Shown: positions 9,125 through 18,305, counted from the stretch's first letter. The stretch: 40,000 bases of DNA from an uncultured Eubacteriaceae bacterium (GCA_945867155.1 CAMBHL010000003.1:160099-200098), one strand, 5' to 3'. The notes: generated from the sequence alone by a model not told the origin. Program-made: numbers and translations.

Positions 9125-10973
9125 GTTTCTTTCCTCTCTTTCGGTTGCGCGTGGTCTTTTTATGATGATTTTCAGCATGCCGGGGATGAATGAGGCAGCG
9201 CGGGCCCGGGCCGATGAGATCTTCCCGGCCGCTGCGCTTCAAAGCTTCAATGACGAATTTTCTGTTCTTCGGGTCGCGGTACTGGAGCAGCGCCCGCTGA
9301 AGGCGCTTTTCGTACCCCTTCGGCACGTGAATCGGCTTGAGGGTCTCTAAATCCAGCCCGGTGTAGTACATGGCCGTCGCCCGGGAACCCGGCGTCGGGT
9401 AGAAATCCTGAACCTGCTCCGGCTCAAGATGATGATCCCGCAGGTATTCCGCGAGAGCCACCGCATCTTTTAACGTCGAGCCCGGATGGCTCGAAATAAA
9501 ATAAGGCACCACGTATTGATTGAGGTGTTCCGCCTTGTTGCACGCGTTGAAACGGTCCACAAAGCACCGGTATTTCGAAAAGGACGGCTTTCCCATGTAA
9601 TGGAGCACCCGGTCTGAAATGTGTTCCGGCGCCACGCGCAGCTGACCGCTGACGTGGTGGCGCACCAGTTCTTTGAACGCGGCATCGCTGGGATCAGCCA
9701 TTAAATAATCGTAGCGGATGCCCGAGCGCACGAAAACCTTCCGAACCCCCGGCACCGCGCGCAGGGCTTTCAGCACCTCGCAGAAATCCCGTTCATTCGC
9801 GTCGAGATTCGGACAGACGTCCGGAAACAGGCATTCCCGGTTCGGACACGGTCCGGTTTTCAGCTGTTTCGAACACGCCGGATGCAGGAAGTTCGCCGTC
9901 GGCCCACCCACATCGTTGATGATTCCCTTAAACTGCGGGTCCCGGGTCATCTGCTCCGCTTCCCGAAGCATGGAGGCCCGGCTCCGGCTCGAAATGATCC
10001 GGCCCTGATGCATGGCGATGGCGCAGAAAGAACAGCTGCCAAAACAGCCGCGGTTGGACGTGATGGAAAACCGCATTTCCGACATGCCGGTGATCTCCGG
10101 TCCGGGATTGAGCTGAAGCCCAGTGTAAGGCAGGTCGTAGACGTCATCCATTTCCTGGGTGGTCAGGGGCATCTGGGGCGGGTTCTGCACAAAATAACGG
10201 CCGCCGCAGCCCTGCACCGCCAGCTGGTCTTCAAAGGGGTTGCTGCTTAAATCGATGAGGCGGGTCATCTGAGCAAAAGCCTGTTTCCCTGTCCCGTTCC
10301 GTTCTGAAACGGTCTCGAAGGACGGGAGGACGATGCTGTCGTCCGGTGCGGTGTCGAGCATGACGCCCGTACCCCGGATATAGGTGATCTGATCGATGGG
10401 CAGGCCGGCGTCGAGGGCCTCCGCCACTTCGATGATCGCTTTTTCGCCCATGCCGTACACCACGAGGTCCGCGCCGGAATCAAAAAGGATCGGCCGCCGG
10501 ACCCGATCCTGCCAGTAATCATAATGGGCGAAGCGCCTGAGACTGGCTTCGATGCCGCCGATCACGATCGGCACCCGGCCGTAAGCTTCCCGAATCCGGC
10601 CGCAGTACGTGATCACCGCCCGGTCCGGCCGCGCCCCGGTTTTCCCTCCCGGCGTATAAGCGTCGTCGTGCCGGCGTCTTTTGTTAACCGTGTAATGACA
10701 GACCATGGAGTCCATGTTGCCCGAGGACACCAGAAACGCCAGCCGGGGCTGTCCTAAAACTTTAAAAGCGTTGACGTCGTCCCATTTGGGCTGAGCGATC
10801 ACCCCGACCCGGTAGCCTAAATCGGCCAGCACCCTGGCGATAATGGCCGGGCCAAACGCAGAATGATCGACGAAAGCATCTCCGGAAACGAAGACGAAAT
10901 CGCAGGCGTCCCAGCCTAAAGCCTGGATTTCTTTCTGATTTCGCGGAAATGGAAGCCGTTCGTCAACCGTCAT
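9096..10973 (-). CDS. YgiQ family radical SAM protein
   Basis: Start at MTVDERLPFP inside ORF 9096..11018; radical SAM motif CFGSCSFCAIAMHQG and YgiQ-type GNMDSMVCHYT, DFYPTPG and TAMYYTG motifs. Confidence 0.92.
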   Translation of the reverse strand: MTVDERLPFPRNQKEIQALGWDACDFVFVSGDAFVDHSAFGPAIIARVLADLGYRVGVIAQPKWDDVNAFKVLGQPRLAFLVSSGNMDSMVCHYTVNKRRRHDDAYTPGGKTGARPDRAVITYCGRIREAYGRVPIVIGGIEASLRRFAHYDYWQDRVRRPILFDSGADLVVYGMGEKAIIEVAEALDAGLPIDQITYIRGTGVMLDTAPDDSIVLPSFETVSERNGTGKQAFAQMTRLIDLSSNPFEDQLAVQGCGGRYFVQNPPQMPLTTQEMDDVYDLPYTGLQLNPGPEITGMSEMRFSITSNRGCFGSCSFCAIAMHQGRIISSRSRASMLREAEQMTRDPQFKGIINDVGGPTANFLHPACSKQLKTGPCPNRECLFPDVCPNLDANERDFCEVLKALRAVPGVRKVFVRSGIRYDYLMADPSDAAFKELVRHHVSGQLRVAPEHISDRVLHYMGKPSFSKYRCFVDRFNACNKAEHLNQYVVPYFISSHPGSTLKDAVALAEYLRDHHLEPEQVQDFYPTPGSRATAMYYTGLDLETLKPIHVPKGYEKRLQRALLQYRDPKNRKFVIEALKRSGREDLIGPGPRCLIHPRHAENHHKKTTRNRKRGKKHGVSTRSKR

Positions 10974-10995
10974 TTTTGATACATTCATGTTCAAA

Positions 10996-11760
10996 TTATA
11001 CCATACTTGGTATGCCAATGTTCTGCAAAATCAGAAAAACAATCATAAAAAAGGCCTGGTTCATCTCGATGGTCATGCCGATGGTGTCCCCGGTGATCCC
11101 GCCGATTTTGCGCTTCAAATCCCACATCATGATCAAGTTGAGCACGGCCGAGATCCCGAAGGCGGCCAGCAGGCGCAGGGACAGCCAGCCGCAGACGGCG
11201 GCGATTGCCGCCGCGTACACTGCCACATGCCAGCCTTTGGTGATTTCCGTGATGCGCCGGCCGAGGCCGCCGCCCCCTTCCGCGTAGGATGAGAGCCAGC
11301 AGGTTTGAATGGCGGCGTACCGCCCCACAATCGGAACGAAAACCAGCACGGTTAAAAAATGCCCAGCGATGAGCCGCCGGTAGCCGATCCACAGGGTCAT
11401 CATCAAGAGCACGAGGCCGATTGCGCCGAAAGAGCCCAGCCGGCTGTCTTTCATGATCTTCATCATTTTGTCGTGATCCCGGGCTGAAAAGACCCCGTCA
11501 ATGGTGTCGGCAACCCCGTCGAAGTGCAGGCCGCCGGTCAGCCAGATGTAAAAGATCAAAATCAGAATCGCGGCGATTTCCGGCATGCGCAGCCAGGAAA
11601 CGCACCACCCGAATCCCCAGAGTGCCGCGCCGATCACCGCGCCAATGACGGGCATCAAAAGCATGCAGCGGTAAAACTCCTCTTCGCTGACGTCCTTCAG
11701 CTGAATCGGAATCCGCGTGTAAAAAGACAAACCAATTAAAAATTCACGAAAAAAATTCAC
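10996..11760 (-). CDS. cobS: Adenosylcobinamide-GDP ribazoletransferase (cobalamin synthase)
   Basis: Membrane protein with FLIGLSFYTRIP, GGLHFDGVADTIDG and GITGDTIGMTIEMNQ. Probable GTG start at 11760; the longer ORF start at 11793 overlaps a terminator hairpin. Confidence 0.88.
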   Translation of the reverse strand: MNFFREFLIGLSFYTRIPIQLKDVSEEEFYRCMLLMPVIGAVIGAALWGFGWCVSWLRMPEIAAILILIFYIWLTGGLHFDGVADTIDGVFSARDHDKMMKIMKDSRLGSFGAIGLVLLMMTLWIGYRRLIAGHFLTVLVFVPIVGRYAAIQTCWLSSYAEGGGGLGRRITEITKGWHVAVYAAAIAAVCGWLSLRLLAAFGISAVLNLIMMWDLKRKIGGITGDTIGMTIEMNQAFFMIVFLILQNIGIPSMV

Positions 11761-11783
11761 ATCTAATCCTTTCTCTTTGGCGC

Positions 11784-11822
11784 AAAAAAACAAAAGACTG
11801 ACGGTCGATCCCCTCAGTCTTT
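11784..11822 (-). terminator. Rho-independent terminator downstream of HPr gene
   Basis: Minus strand AAAGACTGA-ggggatcgaccg-TCAGTCTTT followed after TG by TTTTTTT; 9 bp stem. Confidence 0.75.
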
Positions 11823-11844
11823 CTGCATTCGCCCTATTGCGTTA

Positions 11845-12117
11845 TTATTCGTCCGGCAGCCCGAACTTATTGTCGATCAGTGCGGTCAAACGGTCCATCG
11901 CCGCTTTTTCATCGTCGCCGTTGACTTCGAGCAGGATTTCATCGCCCTTGGAAACTGCCAAAATCATGACGCCCATGATACTTTTCGCATTGACGCGCGT
12001 CGACCCTTTGCTGATATAAATTTCGCTTGAAAACTCATTTGCCGTTTCGACAAAAAGCGACGCTGGTTTTGCATGGAGCCCCGCTTTATTCTTTACCACT
12101 ATATTTTTTGTAAGCAT
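11845..12117 (-). CDS. HPr family phosphocarrier protein
   Basis: Start at MLTKNIVVKNKAGLHAKPAS; His active-site motif GLHAKPA and regulatory Ser motif KSIMGVM. Confidence 0.92.
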   Translation of the reverse strand: MLTKNIVVKNKAGLHAKPASLFVETANEFSSEIYISKGSTRVNAKSIMGVMILAVSKGDEILLEVNGDDEKAAMDRLTALIDNKFGLPDE

Positions 12118-12149
12118 TGTTCCACCCCTTATATATTCTGTCATAATCG

Positions 12150-12178
12150 ATTATACACGATTTCATTATTTATTTCAA
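12150..12178 (-). promoter_or_regulatory. Sigma-70-type promoter for HPr gene
   Basis: Minus strand TTGAAA (12178-12173), 17 bp spacer, TATAAT (12155-12150), about 33 bp upstream of the ATG. Confidence 0.8.
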
Positions 12179-12216
12179 GTCTAATCGGGTATCTTAATTC
12201 AGTATAGACAATTTTT

Positions 12217-13011
12217 TCACAATTTCACGCCAAGGGCGTCAAAATAGGTCTGCACCACTTCCAGATCTGGGAAAATCGCTTCGGTCTTCTGACGCATTTC
12301 TTCGTCAGGTTTTTTGAGATCCGGTACCATGATCGGCCTGAGCTCCGCCGCGTAGGCCGCGCGCACGCCGTTGTAGGAATCTTCGATGACGAATCCCATT
12401 TCCGGCGGAATCGAAATGGCCTCCGCCGCCTTCAGAAAAATATCCGGCGCCGGCTTGCTGCGCTTGACCATATCTCCGCAGACCAGAACGTCGAAGTACT
12501 GAATGATGTTCACATCTGTCAATTCCTTCCGCACGGTCTTTTCCCGAGTCGATGAGGCCAAAGCCACGGGTACACCCCGGGATTTGAGATCCTGAAGCAG
12601 TTCGACGGCGCCTTTTTTTAAGGGCAGACCGTGACGTTCGTCGTAGCGGGCGAAGAAAATGGTCCGCATCTCATCTTCGTACTGTTCAAAGGGAAAATCC
12701 TTCCCGTAATAGTCGTCAAAGGTCCGGCGCGTCGCCTGAAAGTTAGTCCCAAGGCAGGCCACGATCACTTTTTCGATATCCGGAATACTGTGGCGCTTGG
12801 CCACTTGCTGCCAGGCGTACAGCACTTCCCGTTCAGAATCAAAAATCACGCCATCCATATCAAAGATCACGCCGCAAAAAGGCGCCGGATTCCGGGCGAG
12901 CGCCTTTTTCAAAGCGTAATCCGCGTATTCCGTTTTGGATAGACAGACCGGTCCCATTTCCGTCGGCACCATTTCCCTCTGGGTCAACCCTTCCGTTTCT
13001 TTTTTTTGCAT
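12217..13011 (-). CDS. HAD family hydrolase (beta-phosphoglucomutase-like)
   Basis: Start MQKKETEG; motif I GVIFDMDGVIFDSE, ALASSTREKTV, KPAPDIFLKAAE and VIEDSYNGVRAA. The N-terminal extension in the ORF track overlaps the divergent DUF1858 gene and is rejected. Confidence 0.85.
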   Translation of the reverse strand: MQKKETEGLTQREMVPTEMGPVCLSKTEYADYALKKALARNPAPFCGVIFDMDGVIFDSEREVLYAWQQVAKRHSIPDIEKVIVACLGTNFQATRRTFDDYYGKDFPFEQYEDEMRTIFFARYDERHGLPLKKGAVELLQDLKSRGVPVALASSTREKTVRKELTDVNIIQYFDVLVCGDMVKRSKPAPDIFLKAAEAISIPPEMGFVIEDSYNGVRAAYAAELRPIMVPDLKKPDEEMRQKTEAIFPDLEVVQTYFDALGVKL

Positions 13012-13029
13012 AAGCTCCCTTTTCTTTTC

Positions 13030-13059
13030 TTGCAGTGTTCCCCGGCATTTTGCTATAAT
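13030..13059 (+). promoter_or_regulatory. Sigma-70-type promoter for DUF1858 gene
   Basis: TTGCAG, 18 bp spacer, TATAAT, followed by GGAGG and ATG at 13081. Confidence 0.7.
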
Positions 13060-13080
13060 AAAAGCAAATTGGAGGTTATT

Positions 13081-13320
13081 ATGGAACAAACAAAAATCAC
13101 CAAATCCATGGGGATTCTCGAGGCCGTCAAACTGCACCCCGACATTCAGCGCTACTTCGCCATGGCCGGCATGTCCTGTTTTGGCTGCATGGCCGCCCAG
13201 TACGAAAATATCGAAGAAGGCTGCCTCGCCCACGGCATCGACCCGGACGTTTTCGTCCGCAATCTCAATTTCTTTATTTCGGGTCAAAAACCCACGGAAG
13301 ACAATCTACCTTCTGCCTGA
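13081..13320 (+). CDS. DUF1858 domain-containing protein
   Basis: 79 aa from ATG with GGAGG RBS: MEQTKITKSMGILEAVKLHPDIQRYFAMAGMSCFGCMAAQYENIEEGCLAHGIDPDVFVRNLNFF; CxxC motif. Confidence 0.85.
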   Translation: MEQTKITKSMGILEAVKLHPDIQRYFAMAGMSCFGCMAAQYENIEEGCLAHGIDPDVFVRNLNFFISGQKPTEDNLPSA

Positions 13321-13331
13321 TTTCTGCCGTT

Positions 13332-14255
13332 TTACTGATTCAAGCCGTCATGGACTTGAATCTTTTTTATTTTCTGGCCGGCGGCTTCTTCCCGGATCTT
13401 TTTCAAATCTTCGACCGAGAACGCATAAGCTTTGCCGCAGAAATGGCAGCGCACTTCAATGGGTTCGCCGTCTGCGATCATGGCGTCCAGCTCTTTGAGA
13501 CTGATCGCTGAAAGCGCCCGGCTGACCCGATCTTCGGAGCAGTCACACACGAAAGCGGCCGGGAGTTTGCCCGTCCATTCGATCCCCATCGGTTCAAGAA
13601 TGGCCTCTAAAATATTTTCCGGGGTCATGCCTTTTTCAAGCATCGCCGTGATCGAATCGATTTTTTCGATCTGGGCTTCCAGCTGGGACACCGTCGCTTC
13701 CGAAGCGTCGGGCATCAGCTGAACAATAAAGCCCCCGGCGTTTTCCACCGAACCATCGGCTTTGACCCGAACCCCGAGGCCTACGGCTGACGGCGTCTGT
13801 TCCGACACATTGAAATAATAGGCCAGATCTTCTGCGATTTCGCCGGAAATCAAATTGCAGATGCCGTTGTAGGGTTCTTTGAGCCCCATATCCCGAATGA
13901 CTGTCAGGGTGCCGTTTCCAATCGCGCCGCCCACATCGAGTTTGCCCTTCGCATTAATTGGCCGGTCTGCTTCTGGATTCACGGCATAGCCCTTCACTTC
14001 GCCCCGGCTGTTGGCCGTCACTGTGAGGCCCCCCGCCGGTCCGTCGCCGCTGATCTGAAGAGTCAGGACATCGTCTTTCCCCTTCATCATGCTGCCCATC
14101 ATGGCGCCCGCCGCGAGGAGCCGTCCTAAAGCCGCCGTCATCACCGGCGTCGTGTCGTGCAGGGTCCGCGCTTTTTCGACCAGTTCCGTTGCGTCGATTG
14201 CAAAAGCGCGGATGCTCGCCTGTGCTGACGTCGCTGTTACAATATAATCTGACAT
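13332..14255 (-). CDS. hslO: Hsp33 redox-regulated molecular chaperone (HslO)
   Basis: 307 aa; zinc-binding CDC...CHFC C-terminal motif, GNGTLTVIRDMGLKEPYNG, YYFNVSEQTPSAVGLGV. Confidence 0.95.
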   Translation of the reverse strand: MSDYIVTATSAQASIRAFAIDATELVEKARTLHDTTPVMTAALGRLLAAGAMMGSMMKGKDDVLTLQISGDGPAGGLTVTANSRGEVKGYAVNPEADRPINAKGKLDVGGAIGNGTLTVIRDMGLKEPYNGICNLISGEIAEDLAYYFNVSEQTPSAVGLGVRVKADGSVENAGGFIVQLMPDASEATVSQLEAQIEKIDSITAMLEKGMTPENILEAILEPMGIEWTGKLPAAFVCDCSEDRVSRALSAISLKELDAMIADGEPIEVRCHFCGKAYAFSVEDLKKIREEAAGQKIKKIQVHDGLNQ

Positions 14256-14385
14256 CGCATCCCTTTCTTTTTTTCTTATTTAAGTCACAAACCTTGGCGT
14301 TTATTATATCAAATGCGCCAAACAAATAAAGTGCAAATTGAAATTTTTCAAGTTTTCACCAAAAATAAATCCGATCAGGCCGACT

Positions 14386-14535
14386 TTACTTTTTCTGCGA
14401 ATCATTTTTATCTTCACGTTTCGCTTTACGAAAATACCAAATCGCTAACAAAATAAAAGCGCCGACCACCAAAATCCGAATGCCCGAAAACAGGGCGAAA
14501 ATAATGAGTGCCAGCGCAATAATCAATTCAATCAT
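14386..14535 (-). CDS. Small hydrophobic single-pass membrane protein, unknown function
   Basis: Manual translation, 49 aa: MIELIIALALIIFALFSGIRILVVGAFILLAIWYFRKAKREDKNDSQKK; below the ORF track length cutoff. Confidence 0.55.
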   Translation of the reverse strand: MIELIIALALIIFALFSGIRILVVGAFILLAIWYFRKAKREDKNDSQKK

Positions 14536-14545
14536 GAGAGGCCTC

Positions 14546-15310
14546 TCATTCGTGATTGGGTTTCCGGGACGCCGGACGCAGCGTCATGCCGATCTGGCAC
14601 AGCAGCAGGCCGTCCTGATTCTGAATATCCATCCGGCAGTGGGTGTCGTCTGTCTTTTTGTAGCAGACCGTCACCACGTCGCCGAATTTCGCCTGTTCCT
14701 TGTACAAAATGTCGAAATCCGCCACTTCTACTTTCGAAATCAAGTCTGCCGGAATCGCTTCGAAGGCCCAGGCCAGGTAGCGGACGTTGTTGACGTGTCC
14801 GTTGTAGTCGATGTCCAAATAGCGCACGGCAAACTGGCGATGACTGTCCCAATCGGCGACACGCTTGAGCCGCGGAATCCGGTATTTGTCGCCGTCTTCT
14901 TTAAATTGATAAACATTGTTAATTTCATTGTCGCCGACCCGGACGATGTGGTCTTTATCAAAATCCATCATCATCCAGTGAGACTGCCCTTTAACCATGG
15001 TCTTCCCGTCCTCGTCTTCCAACACGAAGCCGCGGTTGGCGATAAAGCCCTGGGCCGCGCCTGCCCAGGTGCCGACCCGCACCGTCTGAAGAAATTTGGG
15101 ATAATCGATGATTTCGATGTGATACTTGACCACGATCCACGCCAGATGCATCCGGTCCAGTTCATAGGGGCCGGCTTTCAGAGCCGCACTGTGCTCCAGG
15201 GCAATTTCCTGAAAGTAATTCAGAACGCTGACCGGAGAAGCGCAGTAATTCTGGAGACAGTCATAGGTATAGATTTTCTGATCCTGATAAAAAATATTCG
15301 ACTTGTTCAT
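14546..15310 (-). CDS. Acyl-[acyl-carrier-protein] thioesterase
   Basis: Start MNKSNIFYQDQ; hotdog-fold features RYLDIDYNGHVNNVRYLAW and IEIIDYPKFLQTVRVGTWA. Confidence 0.88.
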   Translation of the reverse strand: MNKSNIFYQDQKIYTYDCLQNYCASPVSVLNYFQEIALEHSAALKAGPYELDRMHLAWIVVKYHIEIIDYPKFLQTVRVGTWAGAAQGFIANRGFVLEDEDGKTMVKGQSHWMMMDFDKDHIVRVGDNEINNVYQFKEDGDKYRIPRLKRVADWDSHRQFAVRYLDIDYNGHVNNVRYLAWAFEAIPADLISKVEVADFDILYKEQAKFGDVVTVCYKKTDDTHCRMDIQNQDGLLLCQIGMTLRPASRKPNHE

Positions 15311-15381
15311 TGATTCCTCCGTCGCAGCCTTGCCGCTGCGTAACAAAAAACCGCTGCATCAGAACGGTGCAGCGGCTGATA

Positions 15382-16806
15382 TCAAGTTAAATCCGGGACC
15401 GCAGCTTTATAGCGGATCAGCGCTTCTTCATACGCGCCAGATGGATGCTGAAGACGTTCGAGGCTTCCCGCCTTGTACTGCTTCGCCAGATGGGACATGC
15501 CGTAAACGTAGCCCTGATCTTCGACCAGACGGACAAGGGCCGCGGCGTGATCGTCCCGCACGTCGCCCAGACGCGCCTGCATGCTCGCGACGGCTGCGTC
15601 CTTTCCCAGGTTCAAGGTCCGGTTCATGCAGTCGATATCCTGAACGATTTCCCGGGCCCATTCTTTGGCCAAAATAGCTTCGCCGTTTCGATGCAGCACG
15701 AGAAAGGCGTCCTGTCCCTGTTCAGCCACACGCCATTCGTTGTCGTCAGCCTCTTTTCGGTCACTGTTTTCGCCAATGACCGGCTTCAGCAGACAGTAGA
15801 GCAGCAGCAGGTGGACGATGTCCATGTCCAATTCGCTGATGCCGTTAGGATCAAAGGGATTGAGATCCATCGTCCGGATTTCGATGTACCGGATGCCGTC
15901 TGCCTTGAGAGAGCCCAGCCAGTTTTCCTTGGGATGGGCCGGTTTGAGCCGGGCCTGGGCGTAAAATTCCTTCGGTTCCGACAATTTGCCCTGAGCGACA
16001 AAGCCTTCTAAGTCGTCGATAAAATGCGCAATGCTGTCGTACCGGGGATACAGGGCTTCGTTGTTTTTGTAGCCGGGCGAACCGCTTCTGAATGAAATGC
16101 CCTTTTTCGAGTAATGGCTTCCCCGGTCGTCAGACCAGGGCATGAGCTTCAGACAGGATGGCATAAACGTATCGTGGGCCGCAATGGAAGCACCGGTTAA
16201 AAAAATTAAAAACCATCGGTACGTCAAATAGTTCTTCGCGATTTTCAAATACAGCCGGTTTTTAAAATCCTGATACTCAAGGGTTGGCGTATGCTGCCGC
16301 ACGCTTTGAAACAATTTCTGAACGGCCTCTTCCCCCAGCGAATAGTTAAAATGGATGCCCGAAAACATCTGTTTTTTGGCTCCGTACTTTTTCACGAGGT
16401 TCTGTCGGTACTGCATCGCCTTTTCAGCTCCAGGCGCGCCGGCATAGCGGGCAACGGGGATGTCTTTGTCATCGGGCAGCACACAGGGAATGGAGTTCGG
16501 CCAAAGGTATTCATCTTTGGGCAGAACCGCGTTGACCATGTCAGTAAGGGCGCCGAGGGTCTGGTACGCTTCGTGCACCGATGGGCACGGCGGCGTCACA
16601 ATTTCAACCTGGCTTTCCGAAAAATCCGTCGTGACGTAGGCATTGGTTAATTTATTGCCCAAGGCTGCCGGGTGCGGCGTGAGGGCCAGCTGGCCGTCTG
16701 CGTGGGCCCGGAGACTCTCCCGTTCAACGCCGAAATTGCCGGACAGCATCTCATCCGGCATCAGCGCTGCTTTAAATGTGTCAATGGTAAAAATTTCGTC
16801 TTTCAT
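15382..16806 (-). CDS. Glutamate-cysteine ligase (GshF N-terminal-type, stand-alone)
   Basis: 474 aa; GNFGVERESLR, DFSESQVEIVTPP, MFSGIHFNYSL, SFRSGSPGYKN, IEIRTMDLNPFDPNGI. No ATP-grasp C-terminal domain. Confidence 0.9.
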   Translation of the reverse strand: MKDEIFTIDTFKAALMPDEMLSGNFGVERESLRAHADGQLALTPHPAALGNKLTNAYVTTDFSESQVEIVTPPCPSVHEAYQTLGALTDMVNAVLPKDEYLWPNSIPCVLPDDKDIPVARYAGAPGAEKAMQYRQNLVKKYGAKKQMFSGIHFNYSLGEEAVQKLFQSVRQHTPTLEYQDFKNRLYLKIAKNYLTYRWFLIFLTGASIAAHDTFMPSCLKLMPWSDDRGSHYSKKGISFRSGSPGYKNNEALYPRYDSIAHFIDDLEGFVAQGKLSEPKEFYAQARLKPAHPKENWLGSLKADGIRYIEIRTMDLNPFDPNGISELDMDIVHLLLLYCLLKPVIGENSDRKEADDNEWRVAEQGQDAFLVLHRNGEAILAKEWAREIVQDIDCMNRTLNLGKDAAVASMQARLGDVRDDHAAALVRLVEDQGYVYGMSHLAKQYKAGSLERLQHPSGAYEEALIRYKAAVPDLT

Positions 16807-16854
16807 AACCCCTGCCTGTTCAAATTGAATGAAATCAGCAATGGCCGGGAGCCG

Positions 16855-17148
16855 TTAAATCCATGTATCCTTTGCTTTAACGCCGGTCCAGTATTTGTCG
16901 ATGTCGGTGTAGACGTATTCGATGGTTTCGCCTTCCCCGGCTTCCATGAGCCGCGCGTTGGAAGGATCAGGGATTGTTTCCTTGATCTGGGATTTGTGCA
17001 CGTAATAGCGGCCGAGCACGTCTTTCGCTTCTTCCGCCACCGCATCCTTGTCTTTTCCTGAGAACGGTTCGATTTCCGGCAGATCCGGGAAATGGCAGAC
17101 GACGCGGTCTGCTTCCTGTTTGTAAACAGCAGGGTAAATTTTTAACAT
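16855..17148 (-). CDS. HicB-like (partial RNase H fold) protein
   Basis: Start MLKIYPAVYKQEADRVVCHFPDLPEIEPFSGKDKDAVAEEAKDVLGRY, the HicB-like N-terminal pattern; no hicA reading frame seen next to it. Confidence 0.65.
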   Translation of the reverse strand: MLKIYPAVYKQEADRVVCHFPDLPEIEPFSGKDKDAVAEEAKDVLGRYYVHKSQIKETIPDPSNARLMEAGEGETIEYVYTDIDKYWTGVKAKDTWI

Positions 17149-17183
17149 GGTGTTACCTTCCTTTATCTCATTTCTATTTAAAT

Positions 17184-18305
17184 TCAAGCCAAAATCTGCT
17201 GCGCCTTATCGAGGGCAGCGGCGATGACGGCGTCCATATCGTAATACTTGTATTCGCCGAGACGGCCGCCGAAAATGACGTGTGCTTCCTGATCGCCCAG
17301 GGCCTTGTACTGTTCGTAAAGGGCGCTGTTCTTGTCATCGTTGACCGGGTAATAGGGTTCGTCCCCGGGCTGCCATTCCGACGAATATTCCCGGGAGATC
17401 ACGGTCTTGGGCAGATCGTTTCCGGCTTCGTCTTTGCCGAATTCAAACCATTTGTGTTCGATGATCCGGGTCCACGGCGTTTCGGCGTCGGTGTAATTGA
17501 CGGCCGCGTTGCCCTGGAAGTTGTCCGTATCCAGCACTTCGGTTTCGAAGCGGACCGAACGGTATTCCAAATGGCCGAGGCGGTAATCGAAATACGCGTC
17601 GATGGGCCCGGTGTAGACCACACAGTCGGCCATGGCGTCGAAAGCCGCCTTGTCTTTCAAATAATCCTGATTGAGTTCAATGCGGTCCACGTCGGCGATC
17701 ATGTTTTCTACCATTTTCGTGTAGCCGCCGACGGGAATGCCCTGGTGCAGGGCGTTGAAATAATTGTTGTCAAAAGTCAAGCGCACCGGCAGCCGCCTGA
17801 TGATGAAAGCCGGCAGTTCCGTGCACGGGCGCCCCCACTGCTTTTCAGTGTAGCCTTTGATGAGCTTTTCGTAGATGTCCGTCCCCACCAGGCTGATGGC
17901 CTGTTCTTCGAGGTTCTTGGGGGATGTAATCCCCGCTTCCTTACGCTGGGCTTCGATTTTCGCCGCGGCTTCCTGGGGCGTGACCACCCCCCACATCTTG
18001 TTGAACGTGTACATGTTAAAGGGCAGCGAATACAGTTCGCCCTTGTAGTTCGCCACCGGGGAATTCGTAAAGCGGTTGAACACCGCAAAACGGTTCACGT
18101 ACTGCCATACGGCTTCGTTGTTCGTGTGGAAGATGTGGGCGCCGTACTGGTGCACGTTGATCCCTTCCACCTTTTTGGTGTACACATTGCCTGCAATGTT
18201 CGGCCGCTTGTCGATCATCATCACGGTCTTTCCGGCCGCTTTCGCTTCGTGGGCGAAAACGGCGCCGTAAAGACCTGTTCCGACGATTAAATAGTCGTAT
18301 TTCAT
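17184..18305 (-). CDS. glf: UDP-galactopyranose mutase
   Basis: Start MKYDYLIVGTGLYGAVFAHEA (FAD-binding), IDKRPNIAGNVYT, HQYGAHIFHTNN, EKQWGRP, VIFGGRLGEYKYYDMD; RBS GGAG. Confidence 0.96.
   Translation of the reverse strand: MKYDYLIVGTGLYGAVFAHEAKAAGKTVMMIDKRPNIAGNVYTKKVEGINVHQYGAHIFHTNNEAVWQYVNRFAVFNRFTNSPVANYKGELYSLPFNMYTFNKMWGVVTPQEAAAKIEAQRKEAGITSPKNLEEQAISLVGTDIYEKLIKGYTEKQWGRPCTELPAFIIRRLPVRLTFDNNYFNALHQGIPVGGYTKMVENMIADVDRIELNQDYLKDKAAFDAMADCVVYTGPIDAYFDYRLGHLEYRSVRFETEVLDTDNFQGNAAVNYTDAETPWTRIIEHKWFEFGKDEAGNDLPKTVISREYSSEWQPGDEPYYPVNDDKNSALYEQYKALGDQEAHVIFGGRLGEYKYYDMDAVIAAALDKAQQILA

Noticed and set aside
12179-12216. Possible riboswitch or small RNA between the HAD hydrolase and HPr genes
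   Set aside because: Only an AT-rich spacer of a few dozen bases; too short and without recognisable aptamer features.
12935-13498. 187 aa plus-strand ORF overlapping the DUF1858 gene
   Set aside because: Different frame from the convincing DUF1858 protein with RBS and promoter; continues antisense into hslO.
14480-15313. 277 aa plus-strand ORF
   Set aside because: Antisense shadow of the acyl-ACP thioesterase gene (and the small ORF beside it); no domain pattern.
17280-18290. 336 aa plus-strand ORF
   Set aside because: Fully antisense to the well-supported glf gene; low-complexity composition mirroring the third-codon-position bias of glf, no recognisable motif.
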